This document shows positions 27,111-41,200 of a stretch of DNA of 64,000 bases, piece by piece. A program made the position numbers and the translations under genes. Origin of the DNA: Tricharina praecox. Taxonomy: Eukaryota. The number at the start of each line of letters is the position of its first letter. Positions within the stretch are counted from its first letter, which is position 1. The DNA is taken from contig NW_026250408.1 in NCBI RefSeq assembly GCF_024521635.1, positions 558,001 to 622,000 of the forward strand, in the 5' to 3' direction. The notes beneath the pieces were generated by a model, which worked only from the letters and a program-made list of their open reading frames with translations, made no database searches and was not told the DNA's origin.

Positions 27111-30100
27111 CTATCGTCTCCCCGCCTCCAACCGCTTCAGCTCCACGGACCGGGCCACCTGGTTCCTGATATCTTTGCTGACGGCCCAGGTCTCCTTGAA
27201 CTTCTGCATGCGAACGGTCGCGATGACGGCGTGGATGACGGAGCGCAGGGCGGGCCGTTTCTCGCGAACATAGCGGTCAGGGAAGATGCCCATCTGCTCG
27301 ACGAGCTGCATATTCGCCTCGTTGCTGCGGGATGTGTCAGTACCACTACCGCGCATTGCCCATGGGGACGGGAAACATACCAAGTGCTGTACAGCTGCAG
27401 CTGCATGAGGAAGAAGCTCTTGCTGAACGCGAGATCGCTCCTGAACGACGCTTCGCGTGCGCCCTTGGCCTTGAGGTACTGGATCTGTTTAGCCAGACCC
27501 TTAATCTCGGCCTGATGGCGCTTCTCGGCCTCGTGGATCCTCTGCTCCGCCTCCTCGACGGCCTTGGTCGGGAACGACTTCGGCAGCCCGCTGTTGCTTT
27601 CCTGGAACCGCACGCGCTGTCGGATCGCTCTGCGCTCCTCGTCCCATGCTTGCTGGAGCTCCTTGGTCTGCTCGACTACGTGGTGGTACTTGCGCGTGAG
27701 CCGCTCCAGCTCCGCGGACGCGTGCGAGTCGACCTCTTGCTTCGCCTGCTCGAGAGCGCGTAGCTGGGCTTCCAGCTCGCGCTCGCGCTGGCGGCGGCCG
27801 CGGATATCGTCGTCCCTGGTCTTGACCTGGCTGTTAAGCTGTTCCAGCTCGGCTGTGGCCGTCCGGAGGCGGTCGTGGAGATCCCGGCGTTCCTCGTTGA
27901 TCTGCAGCTGCGCTGTGTTCTCGGAATCCTTGAGCTGGTTGTTGAACCGGGCTTCGGCAAGGTCCCGCTCCAGCCCGTGGATCTTCTTGCGAAGCTCGCC
28001 GAGGGTATTGGTCGCATCGAGGTTCTTTTGCACCAGAGAGTCGTTGGTCTGCCGGATTTCGCCCAGCTCTTGCTCGAGCATGTTGACCTCGTGAACCAAT
28101 TCCTCGTTGGAGTGTTTCTGCTCCGCCAGCTTCCGGTCAATAGACTTGACCTGGCTACGGTGATCGCGGATCTTCTCTTGAGCGGACGCGAGTTGTCGGC
28201 GGAGCTCTTCCTCTACCGCACCACGACCGGAGATGGGCGAGCTGACGATCGATGGGGGCTGGTTAGCGGCACTGCGTGCGTCGTGGAGCTCCTGCTCGAG
28301 CTTGTTGATTCTGCTTCGGAACTCGCGAAGATCCTTTTTGGCGGTGGCTTCTTGTCGTGCAAGATCCGCCTCCCGCCTTTGAGAATCCGAGAGGTGGCCA
28401 CGCAGAGATTCGATCTCCGCCTCAGCATCGCTATCGTGAGAACCCTGCTTGACCAGCTCATCGATCCTAGCTTCGAGACGGGCAACCTTCTGCTGGGCTT
28501 TCTGCTGCTCCCGCTCGCGACTGTCCGAGAGCTTCTTTAGATCATGGCCCAAAGTGTGCGCCTTCTCTTCCTGTTCGCGTGCAGCCTCGAGAGTCTCCTC
28601 GAGCTCGGCTTCCAGCTCATCGATCTTCCTCTCGAGAATCTCTCGCTCCTCGCTTGCATGCTGAACCTCGATCTCGAGCTTGCTCTTGGCTTTTCGTAGC
28701 TCCATCTTCTCGTTGTCGAAACCCTTGGCCATTTCACCATACTTCGAACTCTGGGCAAGCCTGCTCTTGAGCTCATCACGCTCAATCTCAACGTCCACCG
28801 CAGATGTCTGCAAGTCTGCAAGCTGAGATTGAACGGTCATGAGTTGATCCTGGAGCTGCAGCTTCTCCTTGTTGGCAGTTTCCAAACGGCGGGTGGCTTC
28901 CTGGAAGTCTTGTTGCAGTTGCTTCTGGGTTTTCGAATCAGCCTCGAGGTCTCCCTGGAATGTCTGGATGTCGGCTTGAGCGACGGCACGTTGGTTTTCG
29001 AGACGGGTGACTTCGAGACGCGCAGCATTGAGCTTCTTCCGCACGGCGTCAACCTCAGCCTGTGCGGCCTCGATTTGCTCACTCGCGCTCTCTTGAAGCT
29101 CGTCGTTTTGCGCTGTCAAGAGATCGACTTCGTCACTTAGCGCCTGGATCTGGTCCTGGAGCGTCCTCTCGGACTTTTTCGATTGTCGGACTTCCTCCAT
29201 GGCAGCACTGAGCTCAGCGGCCTTGGCCTCGAGGGCGTGCTTGCGTTCCCCGATTTCGCCTTGGAGCTCCTCGATCTGTCTCTCCAAGCTTTGCTCTGAC
29301 GCTTTATGCCGTTCGGTCTCGTTCTGGAGCGCATCGGCAAGCTTGGCTTCCTTCCCTTGGAGGGTATGTTCCGTCTGCTGTAGCGACTGCAGAGTCCTCT
29401 TGAGGCCCTCGGAAGATTCCTCAGCTCTCTGCAATTTGACCTCCAGCTGACGTTTCTCGGAGGCCCAGTTGTCGAACTCGCGCTCGTACTGTTGTGCCTG
29501 CTCCTGCAACTTGCCATCGAGCTCGTTCAATTCATCATCGAAGGCATTCCTCTCTACATCCGCCTGCTGTCTGTATGTCTTCTCGGCAGTCAGAGCGGCA
29601 TCCCTCTCCTGCTGGAGAGCAACGTTGCTTTCTTGGAGCTTCTTTTTGACTTGTTGAAGCTGTTGTTGGAGCTCGGCGCTTTCGGTAGCAAGGGAATCGT
29701 GGCGAGCACGTAAGAGATCCTTCTCGGAGGTAGCGTGGAAAAGTTCACCTCGAACCTTCTTGAGCTCCACATCCAGGTTATTGCGGGCATTGGCATTGGC
29801 CTCCTTCTCGCGCTGCAGATTGTCCTTCTCCCTCTGCAGCCGGTTGATCTCAGCCTGCAGACCCTGAGTGTTTGCCTCAAGACCGCCACGAGCTTTCACA
29901 AGATTATCCTGTTCGCGCCTGTGCCAGTCGACCTCATCTTGCAAGGTCTTGACCTGGACTTCAAGATCGGTCCGGACTCGTCCTATGTTCTCCTTCTCTT
30001 GCTTGAGTTGTGCCTCCAGCTTGTTGCGCGCGTCGGTGTTGGCTTCCTTCTCGCGCTCCAGAATTTCCTTCTCCCTTTTCAGGCGGTTGAGTTCGACCTG

Positions 30101-32640
30101 CATACCTTGAGTGTTTGCCTCGAGACCGCCGCGAGCTTGAGACAGAGTGTCCTGTTCACGCTTGAGCCAGTCGATCTGGTCTTGCAAGCTCCTGTTTTTG
30201 ACTTCCAGATCGTTCTTGACTCTGACGATGCTATCTTTCTCATGCTTCAACCGAGTAATCTCCTCTTGCATGCCCTGCACGCCAGCCTCGAGACCTCCGC
30301 GGGCTTGGGTGAAGTTTTCGTGATCGCGTTTGAGCCAGTCGAGTTCTCCTTGCAGAGCCTTGGCTGTAGCCTCGAGGTCATCGCGGGCTCTCATGACGTT
30401 ACCCTTCTCCAGCTTCAGCCGGTTGATTTCCTCTTGCATGCCCTGTACACCGGCTTCGAGACTACCACGGGTCTGGGCAAAGTTCTCCTGATCGCGCTTC
30501 ATCCAGTCGACTTCCCCCTGTAGGGCCTTCATATTGATCTCGATCTCGTTGCGAGTTCTCGTGAGGGTCTCCTTATCCTGCTTGAGCTTGAAGATTTCCT
30601 CTCGCATTCCTTGGACACCAGCCTCCAGGCCTCCGCGAGCCTTCGAGAGACTATCCTTGTCTTGCTTGAGCCAATCAACTTCGCCTTGCAGTGTCCGCGC
30701 CTTGACTTCCAATTCGTTGCGCGCCATGGCACTGGCCTCGTGCTCTTGCCGGAGACGATTGATCTCATGTTGCGCCTGCTGTGCTTTCGACTCAAGTTCG
30801 GCGCGGGACTTTGCGAGAGCCTCCTTGTCGAGTTTGAGCTGGTGAATTTGCTTCTCCATCGAATCCGCCTCCGCGTCAAAGTCGCCGTTCATATCCTCCA
30901 TCTTCTTCTGCAGTCGTTGGTTCTCATTGATCTTGTCTTGGTATTGGGAGTCCAAGTCATCGTACTGTTGTTGAAGGTTCTCTAGCTCGGCCCGCACGTC
31001 CTTGAGTTCCGACCTGAGTGTCTTGAGTTCTTTGTTCTCCTCCGCTAGTCGACCTTTGTACGAGAAGCTCTTGTTCCGGACGTCGTCGCCCAGTCTTTCG
31101 ACCTCATCTTCCAGCTTTTCGTTCTCCGTTTTGAGCTGGTCTCTTTGACTTTCGACCTTCTGCATTGCTCGTGTCATCTGATCTTTCTCGTCTTCGGCCT
31201 GTCGTTGTAGGTCACTGACGGTCTATCCCAGCATTAGTCGACGTGTCCACCTGTAGCCATGTGGCGAGGGAAACGTACCCGCTCGAGCTCCTTGATCCTT
31301 CTTTCAGCCGCCCGTAGAGCTTCGTCCTTCTGTTCGAGCAGCTGCTCCTTACCGCTGAGCTCTTGATCTCGTCCCTCCTTGAGCTCGTTGATTTGTTCCT
31401 GGAGCTCACCCGCGTGTTCTTCCAAATCCACGATGCGGTCATCCCTCTCCTTAAGCTTGTCCTCAATTTCGGCAAGCTGCTCCTCGTGTTTATCCGCCTC
31501 TCTTTCCTTCTCCCTCAGCTCAGCTTCCAGATCGCCCTTCTCGTCCTCCAGCGTCTCGAGCTCTTTCTGCAGTTTCGCCACATCCTCGCCCTCTTCGGTT
31601 TCCATGCCAGCGATGTGTTTCCGCAGCACCTCGTCATTCTCGCGCAGCTGTTCGATCTCGTCCAGAGCTTTATCGAGTTCTGTCTGGACAGCTTCGAGCT
31701 TCCGTTGTAGTTCCTCGCGCAGCCTGGCCTCCTCCTCGCTCCGCCGGTCGTTGGTATAATTGCTATCCCGATCTCTCCCGGAGCGTCCCAGTTCCTGCCG
31801 TAGCTCCGCAATCGCCTTCTCCGAATCCAACAGCGACTTTTTGTACCGCTTCAGCTCCGCCTTGAGGGTCGCTCGCTCGACTTTGATCTCGACGTTCTGT
31901 CACAACCCAACACACCCAGTCAACCCAACACACTCCCCACAGAAAAAAAGCAATCGCACCGCCAGGGAGGGAAAAACCCGCTGACTACCCACCTCCTTTA
32001 ACGCCGCATCGTTGTGCTCCGGCCCCAGCTTATCCAGCCGCTCGTTGAGAAAAAACACCTTGAGCTTCAGACTAAAGTTCTCCTTCTTGATATCATCGAT
32101 AACCTTCTCCTGTTCCCTGAGGGTCATGAGCCCATCGCCACCCAGCGGAGCACCCGCCCCTCCCCCACCCCCCCTCGGCGCCAACGGCGTGCTGCCGACC
32201 GAACTCTCATGCGCACTCGGATTAACCGTCTCGATGCCCGTCTGCTCGGAGAAGTCGGCAGTATCCTCGGGGAGCGCGGGGGAACTGGGCAGCCTCGCCC
32301 CCGGCCGTAGGAAGTCGGGCACTGGCACGCCATCGCCGAACACGCCCGAGCGCTTCACGCCAGACCGGTGCACGCTCTTCAGCAGCGGCGTGAACTCGTT
32401 GCGCCGGTTGGTCAGCGCGCCGAACGGCTGCCGCTGCGGCGTCGCGAGCGTGATCTTTCCGCTCCCGCCGCTACCGCTCCCCCGCTTGCCCCCCCGCGAC
32501 AGGATACCGTGGTCGACACCGGGAGACTGGAAGGAGTCGATCATGCTACCGAGGTCAGCGCTGCTCGGGTCGTCGCGCGACGAGTACGCCATCGTCGTGT
32601 TGTTCCCGCCGGGTGATGGGAGCGCGCCCGGGTACACCAT
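27111..32640 (-). CDS. PCP1: spindle pole body protein, Pcp1/PcpA/Spc110/pericentrin-like (N-terminal CM1 motif, long coiled coil, C-terminal PACT domain)
   Basis: CM1 motif TLREQEKVIDDIKKENFSLKLKVFFLNERL, more than 1300 aa of heptad-rich coil, and PACT-like IKGLAKQIQYLKAK..RE..FRSDLAFSK plus LRSVIHAVIATVRMQK. Confidence 0.88.
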
Positions 32641-32659
32641 CGTGTGCTGGCTAGTAGTA

Positions 32660-32695
32660 GTGGTGGTGGTGGTGGTGGTGGTGGTGGTGGTGGTG
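32660..32695. repeat. (GGT)n microsatellite in the 5' leader of the Pcp1-like gene
   Basis: Directly visible. Confidence 0.9.
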
Positions 32696-33384
32696 TTGTT
32701 GTAGTCTTTGCTGCTGTGTTTTCGTTTTCGGCCGTTGTCGTTGTCGTTATTGCTCGCGGTAGTATCGGCGGAGCTAATTGGGATATGCGTCGGTTCCTGT
32801 TCCCTCGGCGTCGTCGCATGGGAATGTCGCGACGTGACGGGGTCGGGGTCGGGGTGGGTGGGGGTGGCGGGCGAGCAGGCAAGGTGTTGTTGTTACTTTG
32901 TACGTACTCTAGCAAGGGTTTTGGCGTTGTTTTTGTTTACGTTCGTAGCTGGTGGCCTGCAGGTCACATGTTCTGGCTCGGCGCGTTGAGTAGTTACGGC
33001 AACGTCGCAGCCAGTCTAGGTATTGCACATACATATCAAGGTTCTGACCGATCATGGATTGCCGTGACGACAGCACAGAAAGAATTGCATTAAAATTAAA
33101 AAGCAAGTGTATGTACCCGCGAAAAGCGCTATATAACATGGAAGCAGAGAAAAAAATAGGCAAAAAAAAACGGCCATAGGTTCAAGAAACTGTCGTATAA
33201 AGGGCCTCTAAACCACCAAAAAAAAAGAAGGATCGCCCAACATAACTTCATAACGCCTTTTACAGAGAGACAGAGGTATATATCGCATCTATGTAGCATG
33301 TCTAATTCTTTTGGAAGGAGAGCCAAAAAAAGAACTAAAGCCCCAAAGGATAGAGGAAGAGGAAGAGGTGGAAGGAAGGGCCGC

Positions 33385-35257
33385 TCAGAAATGACCGTAC
33401 TCTCCGGCTTTGGCCATGTGCGCCTGGCAGTCCGCAAGGAGCTGCGCCTGCCTCGCGACTTCGGCGAGACGCCCAATGATCTCCCGGTTGCCACGGTAGA
33501 AATCCCAGATGGCGTAGGGGATTCCAACGTCTTTACAGAACTCGATCACCAGCTTCTGGGTCCGGCGGAGATTATGGCGAGGAATGCGAGGGTAAAGGTG
33601 GTGGATCGCCTATAAAGAAAGAAGCAGTTTAGCATGACAATCGCATTTTTGGGGCGGAGTGCAAAACTAACCTGGAATTGCAGACCGCCATGGAAGAAAT
33701 CCAACCACTCGGAGCAATCGACATCCATAGTGGTCCTCAGCATCTTCTGGGCGAAGCTCTCATTGACGCCCAGGTCCGAAGTGGACATGGCAAAGTGCGA
33801 CAGGGTGATCTGCACATGCAATGGCATGGTGACCATGTGGCTGATCATCACATACACGAATCTCTGCCAGTTGGTCTCGAGACCGTGGTAGAGCACACCG
33901 TATCCGAACCAGTACCAGAAGACTACGAGGCCACTCAGCTCGAAGTACCGGTGCCAGGCCGCAACACCCCGGCGAGGTCCCAGTCCCATGATCAGGTACT
34001 CCAAGGACAGACGGTACAGGTTGAATCTGCCGAAAAGAAGGATCGGGTAGTAGAGGTAATGTTGATACCGCACGCAGAGCTTGGCGAAAGCGTCGTATGG
34101 CAGAACACGCTCGTAGTAGGTCGAGAATACGCTGCCGAAGAATCTGTGGGAGATGGCGAAGAACGGGAGATGCTCGATATCCGGGTCATGCTCGGGGTCA
34201 TTGGTGACGATATGGTGGACCTAATCCCAGCTGTTAGCCCAACAGTCAACGCGTCGGAATCGGAATCGGCTTGCATACATTGTGACTCCTCTTCCACCAG
34301 CCCAAAGAGAGACCTCCGAGGAAGTTGGCAATGACGATTCCCATGCAGGTGTCGACCTGGAAGTTGTGGGTGATGCCCATATGGCCGGCATCGTGCGCGG
34401 CGAAGACGAGTTGATGCCAGAAACATCCCACGAGGAACGCCGAAGTTTTGTACCAGCCGTATTTCAGGCAGATCATCGCTCCGACGAACAAAGCGGTATA
34501 CCGGGTGACCTCGCGTGCATACGCCCAGTAATTGCAATTGAAGAGACCTTCGGCGCGGATTTGGGCTTCGAGCGCGCGGTACTTGATCGCAATCTCTTTC
34601 TGCGTGTTGTAATCCAGCGAAGGATATTTTGCGATGTCTTCCTCGATGGCCTTGCGGGTGAGATAATCGGCGTCGAATGTGCCCGGGCCACCGACTGGGC
34701 CCGGCGTTTCTGAGATCGATGTTACGGACGACGACAACGAGCCGGCACGTCTACGCCGGAGGCTAGGATCCAATACGATGTTTTCGTCGGCCGACGATGT
34801 CGGGGACGACGATCCGGAGCTGGACTGGGTTTCGCATAACTCGGGAATCTCGATAGTCGGGGTCGGTTTCTCGTCGTCCTCTTCGCCGTTGTACGCTCTG
34901 AACTCTCCACCCTGGATGGGCGGCAGAAAGTTCCGCCATTGACCCTCGATCTTGCCGATGATGAATGATTTCATCCGCCGTCTCGCTTCTTCCGAGTGGA
35001 GTCTGACACGAACGAATCAAATCAGCCAAGAAAACCTTAAAACCCGACCACAATGGCATCCGAGACACATACACGTTGATCTCGTCCGTTGCATCTCGTC
35101 CGATCATGTGCCGGATCGCCTTGTCTCCTCCGGGGTGGAATTTCATCCACGCATTGACCGAGAGCACGTTCGAATCATATACGATGATGCCCTTCCCGTC
35201 CGCGATGAGGCCTTCGACCTGCCGTCTGGTGAACGTTCTGTCCGCTAGCTTCCCCAT
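33385..35257 (-). CDS. SLD1: cytochrome b5-fused sphingolipid delta-8 desaturase (Sld1/SdeA-like), 4 exons
   Basis: Cytochrome b5 HPGG motif and His boxes HDAGH, HNVHH (spliced) and QAIHH (spliced). Last exon ends ...GEYGHF TGA at 33385. Confidence 0.88.
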
Positions 35258-38200
35258 GTTGAGCTTCCAGTCGAGGAATCGAGTTGTGTAGGCAGCTTGT
35301 GCGGTAGTTTGTAGCGGTTGATATCTACTTGCGTAGTCGTCGGGCTGGGTCGTTTGTTTTATTCTGTTCTCTTTTCTTTTTCCTTGCGAGATGGATCTTG
35401 AAGTGGGGGAAGTTCGTGAAGTTCGGAATCGGAAACGAGCGATGGGCAGCTGGCAGCACGGGCAGCGGGGCCTTATTTTAGAAATAAGGGGGGGAACAAC
35501 GGCTAACTAACGAGTTGGCATTATCTGGGGTCCGCTGGCGAGTATGTAATGGATGTGGGGAGATGAGATGATGGGGGACGGGCTGAACGGGCTGAACTGA
35601 ACGGGCTGGACGGATCTCGATCGCGACAGCTATGAACCTAGGGAGACGAAGATTTAAAGATGCGGAAAAATCGGCAAGTGAGTGAGTGTCTGTCTGGGGG
35701 AGGAAACACTGGGAGCAGCAGCGGGAAGGAGAAGGGGAATCCGATCGAAGGGAAGGACACAGGCTGAAGAAGGGGTTGGACTATAAAGTAAACGCCAGTC
35801 TGTATTTTTTTTCTCCCACGAGGCAGGAGGCAAAGCAGGTCCGCAGGCAGGAGGACGACGCACGGCGGCGGGCAGGTATGCGGCGTCGCCTCCGTGCGAG
35901 CCAAGAAGAATTAACTATTCCTGAGCTGAGACGCAGCAGCAGCAAGAGCAGCGAAGCAGTTACCGGTTGGACCCCTGAATTTGGAGAAATCGTTGGAATG
36001 CAGGGATGCCTGCAGCCAGGGCTCAGGTCAGGGGAGTTTGGCCACGAACCTGGAGTTTCCGGTTGACAGGCAGGAGAGTGCTTGCTTGCCTGCTTGCTTG
36101 CTTGCTTGCTTGTTGCGCGTCTGCGGTTGGCCAGATAAACGTGGGCCCGGGCGAGGGAAGGGGCGCAGGCACCACCAGTCGGCAAACGATAGAACATCAG
36201 CTATCGATTACTTAGGTAAGGACTTACTCAGATAATTACCGGTATCTATCCACATCGATCCATCTGTCGAACACATCTCGAGAGCCTCTTCAACACCATC
36301 ACCATCACCACATCGTCGTTGTCGTGAAGAATCCCCTCCGAAATCCGGATCGCAGGCCGTCAATCCGCCCAGAAGAAGAGGTTCAGGCTGTCCCTCTCAC
36401 GTTGAACATATGCAGCCAGTCTACGAGCTAGAGCCAAAGAAACCAGGCCTTCTCCTATCCCATCCCAAAGTAGGGTATGCAGAGTATCAAGGCCTCACCC
36501 CCACCATCTTGTACGTACACAGACCGTGAAAGGAAAAAAACGAGAAGGGTGTTGCGACGCGCAACGCACGTCGAATCATTGCGCCCCTTGATCAAGCCCA
36601 TCATATGATCCATAACAATCGCACGGTATCTACATACCTCATATGATACTTTTTTATCCTTAAGCGCGGTGGTATCGTCTGTCGTCGTATGTGCCTAAGG
36701 CACCTGCTTAGATAAATACTTGGTTATGTCTTATCCATTTAAGCAACCACTTATGCCTCAGTCGTCGCAGGTTGTACGGTACTCTAGGTACTCTAGATAT
36801 GCAATCCCAACATCGGTCGTACGAGTCTCCGTCTCCGTCGAAGAAGTCAAGTGGTACGGCGTGGCGTCATGAATTCAAACTCCTCCCCTTCCTCCTCCTC
36901 CCCCTCCTCCTCCCCAAGGCCGCTCGATGAAAATCGAGCTGAACAATGGCGTGGAACCGTCTTGTGTATATGTATATACCGCCATGATCCAGTTAGACAC
37001 ATACCTAGGTCGCAAGCAATCGATGATTAAACAAAACAAAAGCCCCCCTCCTCCAAAGGCGTAGCCAAGATGTAGAGGCGATGAGACATACCCGCTGTCT
37101 CGCCGATGGCCCGTGGGGGCGCGCGGCGGCGAAGACATTCCCGTTCCGACCGCCGACCGCGCGACCGCACACGCACAGCCGCTTCTAAAAAAACCCCCGC
37201 AACGATAATTATCAGCGGCCTCCGTGAAACTCCGTTGACGCGCTCCCACGAGGTCTTCAGCGGCCAGCAGTCAATGGCCTGCGGTCAGTGCCGAGGCATG
37301 TCTCTCCGCTGGTTTCATGCCTAGGTCCTAGGCATGTATAATGTAGGATGTAAGAAGTAAGTATTCGTCGTGCGCCCCGAGCCGCAACGGCTGCCTGCAC
37401 ACTGCACACTGCACCAAGATATAGTATTGTGTATCGTATATCGTAGGTATATCGTACTGCATATAGTTATCATCGTCATAGGCCTGTATCTAGAGTAGAG
37501 TAACGTTACATCATGCCGTCCCGTACAGGTGGCGACATCCGAATCGATAGTATATGCTGAGCACTTACCTAGGTAGAAATCGTCAGCTCTTTTTTCTTCT
37601 CGTTCTTTCAAGGCTTCGTTTAATCCAGGAGGGAGGGATTGCCGGAAGATACCGTAGAGTACGGCGTACGGCGTACTCTACGGCGTACAGAACACTGCTC
37701 GAGCTCGAGCTGATCCGAGGAACTGTTCCAGCAGCCAGCCAGCCAGACAGCTAGCCATTGACGATCGCGACGTAAGTGCTGCCCGCAGACGGGTGCATCG
37801 CAGCTTCGTCGCCTCGGATCTCGGAAGAGATTGAGAGAGGAGAGATTGGGGAAGGCATGATGCGGTGCCTGCATACGCTGAGAGCTGGGTCGCCGGTCGC
37901 CGATCGGCACGGTGGAGTAGGTACCTGCATATCTTCAGGTTCAATGGGCCATGGTGGTGATGCAGTGGTAGTTGCGGTCGAACGCTCTTGAGTCTTCTGC
38001 AGCTGTACATAGTTCTGTAGTTGACATCGATGAGTTAGCAGGCGGACTAACTAATACATAGAGTACCGTAGGCCGGTCGCTTGTCAGTTACTCTAGAGTG
38101 GAGTAGTTACTGTGGAGTGCGGTGCGGAGCGTAGATATATGCGCAGTTCAGTGTGTAGGGCAGAGCTGAAAAACCATCGATTGCAACCACCACCAGCACC

Positions 38201-41200
38201 GTGCACCCTCTATGTACTCTACTATAGTTAACGATTCAACCACCGCCATCAACAATACCCACAAAGAACCTAGACGAATGAATGTATAAGCACCCGCAAC
38301 AGCTGGACGCATGTACCTACCGGCCCCCGGGTACTAGTAGTCCGCTCGCGTGCCCACTGCCGGGGTGGTGAGAAGTGGAGTACCTACTCTGCCTAGGTAG
38401 GTGCGGCAGGCTGTTTTATTTGGACCCAGCGGAGCGGATGGGAGTGTATGCACCGCCGACGACCGACGACCGCGCCTGGAGGAAATATTCACGGTTTGCA
38501 GTGTGATTGGTTGCGCTGCATATCAAGGTGTTGGTTGCAACTTGCGGAAGAGCCATGGCAGCTGAAGTAGAGTACTCCTTAGTTGCTAGTAGAGTAATGT
38601 ATTACTCAGTAGGAGGTGCAGTAGATATAGTAATTAGCCCCGTTTGACGCTCTGCGGGGGGTGGGGGGTTTCAATCGATAGGTACCTTCAGCCAAACGAT
38701 GGTTGATAGTACCGGTATAGTTGCACGTTTGTTGGTCCGTCGATAATTATCGTCCAGAGAAGTGTGTAGTCTACCCAGAGTACAAACGCCTGTGGCTGCT
38801 GAATGATGCTCAGAATCCGGGCTTGAGAAGCACGCCATCGCTTGTTCGAGCGATGTAAGGCATGGGAGGCCGGGGTCACATCCCTTGGTAACACATACCG
38901 AATACCGAGTGACCAGGGTGATTTGCCTAGTTTTGACGATGCATACAATTCTACATACCCAACCAGAGAGAATACGGAAATTTCCAAGGCTGTTCAGCCA
39001 TGTCCGAAAGTTCGCTTGCCAGCCAGTAGAACCACCAATAATTCCGGCAGATTCTGGTTCAAGCCTGATTCAAGTAGGATCCATTACCTATGGCACCCTC
39101 ATATTCGGATATTCCACTGAGAAAACAGTGAAATATCCAGCCAGCCATAACATGTTCAGACTCCGGGGAGGTTTTACTCACTGCGGGTTACAAGCTACAA
39201 GTTACAGCCAGGCCATAGGCTTCCGCTCTTCCGCTCTCACCAAAAGGTAGTAGACTAGTAGTTGTATCGGGAGACTTCGAACTTCGAACTTTGAGGAAGG
39301 CATTTATTTGATAATATGAGCCCTTTACGGAACCCCAGCTTAGTCTTGTCTTTGGCAGTAGCCATAGCATTCCTATTGGCAGTAAGCTCTTCATCGCTGC
39401 CAGCTGTATGTACGGTTTGAAGAGAGCTTGATGTCACTGTGCCCGCGTAGCCCATGTCCACCGTCCGCCAAGGTGTATCCGCAACCAACCTTCAAAGTCT
39501 TTGGAATGTTCAAGGTACTAGTTAAGTACGCAGCGCCGGTGCTGCCGCCACCACTCGCTCCAAGGTTGGGGAGTTTCTTCGGGAATCGGAGATACTACCT
39601 ACTACCGGTGAGACAACGTCGTTTGTCAGAACTACTTACATGGCTTCCGCCGAAGATGGAAATACCTAGGTAAAACACTACTATTATGTACACAGGGGCT
39701 GCGGTCCCTGTGATTCGAGTGTTACATCCTTAGGACCTGGCTCCGTCGGATTCGGGGCCTTAATCGACCGTCCGACCGACCGACCGTCCGGCCCGCGGCG
39801 GTTCTGCATCCATAGGTATCTTACATCGCTGAAACGGGTTCACCGGGCCACCTGGCAATTCTTGCGGGTGTGCTGGTGCTAGATTTGGTGGCTTCCGCTG
39901 GCAGCCTGCTGGCAACCTGCTGGCAGGAGGTTCTTGTTCGTTCGTTTGAGGTCGAAGTGATCGTCTCTCGATTACCCACCTACCTACCTAGGTAGCTGGA
40001 TGAAACAGAAGAAGAAGATATCTAAACATAGGTAGCAAGAGACTTGTCGTCGTGGAATCCTCGTCCACACTTCTATGTATAGGTAGCATGTATGTATGTA
40101 GCGCTGTCACTGACAGCCTGTCAGTGCTGGACTACTACCTAGTAGACGATTTCAAACGTGTCCGGTGTACCAGATAGTGAATGAAGTTGGAAATAGGTAA
40201 TATGCCAACGAGGCTGTGATGTAGAGGTGTTCTATGAACGGAACTGCATCTAGTACTACCTACTGAGTAGGTGCATACTTGCTGGTGCACTCGACCAAGT
40301 ATTCCTGACGTGAATACGATTCAGCACCGTTATACTGCACCATATTATAGTACCTAATACCTATGACGATTTGCTACCCCTCACGATCCCTCACGGAGCA
40401 CCTAGCATGCAGCAGGAACACGACCGAAGCGATGAAGGTTCTTTTCTTTTTATGCTTCGTCACATCACATCCCATGGAGCAACTACCGAGACTCTCAGAC
40501 TTCGACTTTAACTAAACAAGAAGAGACCGAACATGGTGCGGACGAAATGAAACGCAGCAATCGGCGTTCGGAACCAATCCAAGGCTCGAGACATCATGAC
40601 ATGTACATAGAAGATACTTGGTATACGGTTCTTGTGGATGGTTGGTTGGTTGGTCAAATCGTCACGATGTCCGGACTCCGGCCAGCCAGCCAGCTTGCGA
40701 ACTTGCAAACTTGCAAACGGAATCGCTGGCAGGCCGGCCACACAGTACACTAGCCATTGTCTAGCACTCGTTGCTTCTTCTTCTCCTCCACCCCTCCACC
40801 TCTCCACCCCTTCTTCCTTGGTCCTTGGTCACTAACTGGTGTCGTTTGTCGATATCCTGGCGGCTCCCCCTCCCCTGCCTAGCAAAACCGTTGGGCCAGG
40901 AGGAACACGGAGGAATACCAGAGGGGAAGGGCGGGGGGAAGGGGGGAGGGGGGAGGGGAACGGGGGGCTGGACGAGATGAGAATTTCTTCTTCTTCTGAT
41001 GACGACGGACAACGTAACCCACCCATAACCCACTCATCGTATTCCCTCCCTCTCGAGCCTGCGTGAGTGCATATGTACCTGTATATGCAACTGACTGTAT
41101 AGGTGTGTGTGTGTGTGTATGGGTGTGTATCCCTTCCACGATGATGACGGCCTCAGGATCTTCGCTTGACTGCATCAGCAGCATGAAGAGGGGGTTGGAT

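Noticed and set aside
3568..32640. HAUS1-like and Pcp1-like genes (both gamma-tubulin recruiters) as a functional cluster
   Set aside because: They are over 22 kb apart with five unrelated housekeeping genes between them, which chance explains unless synteny data say otherwise.
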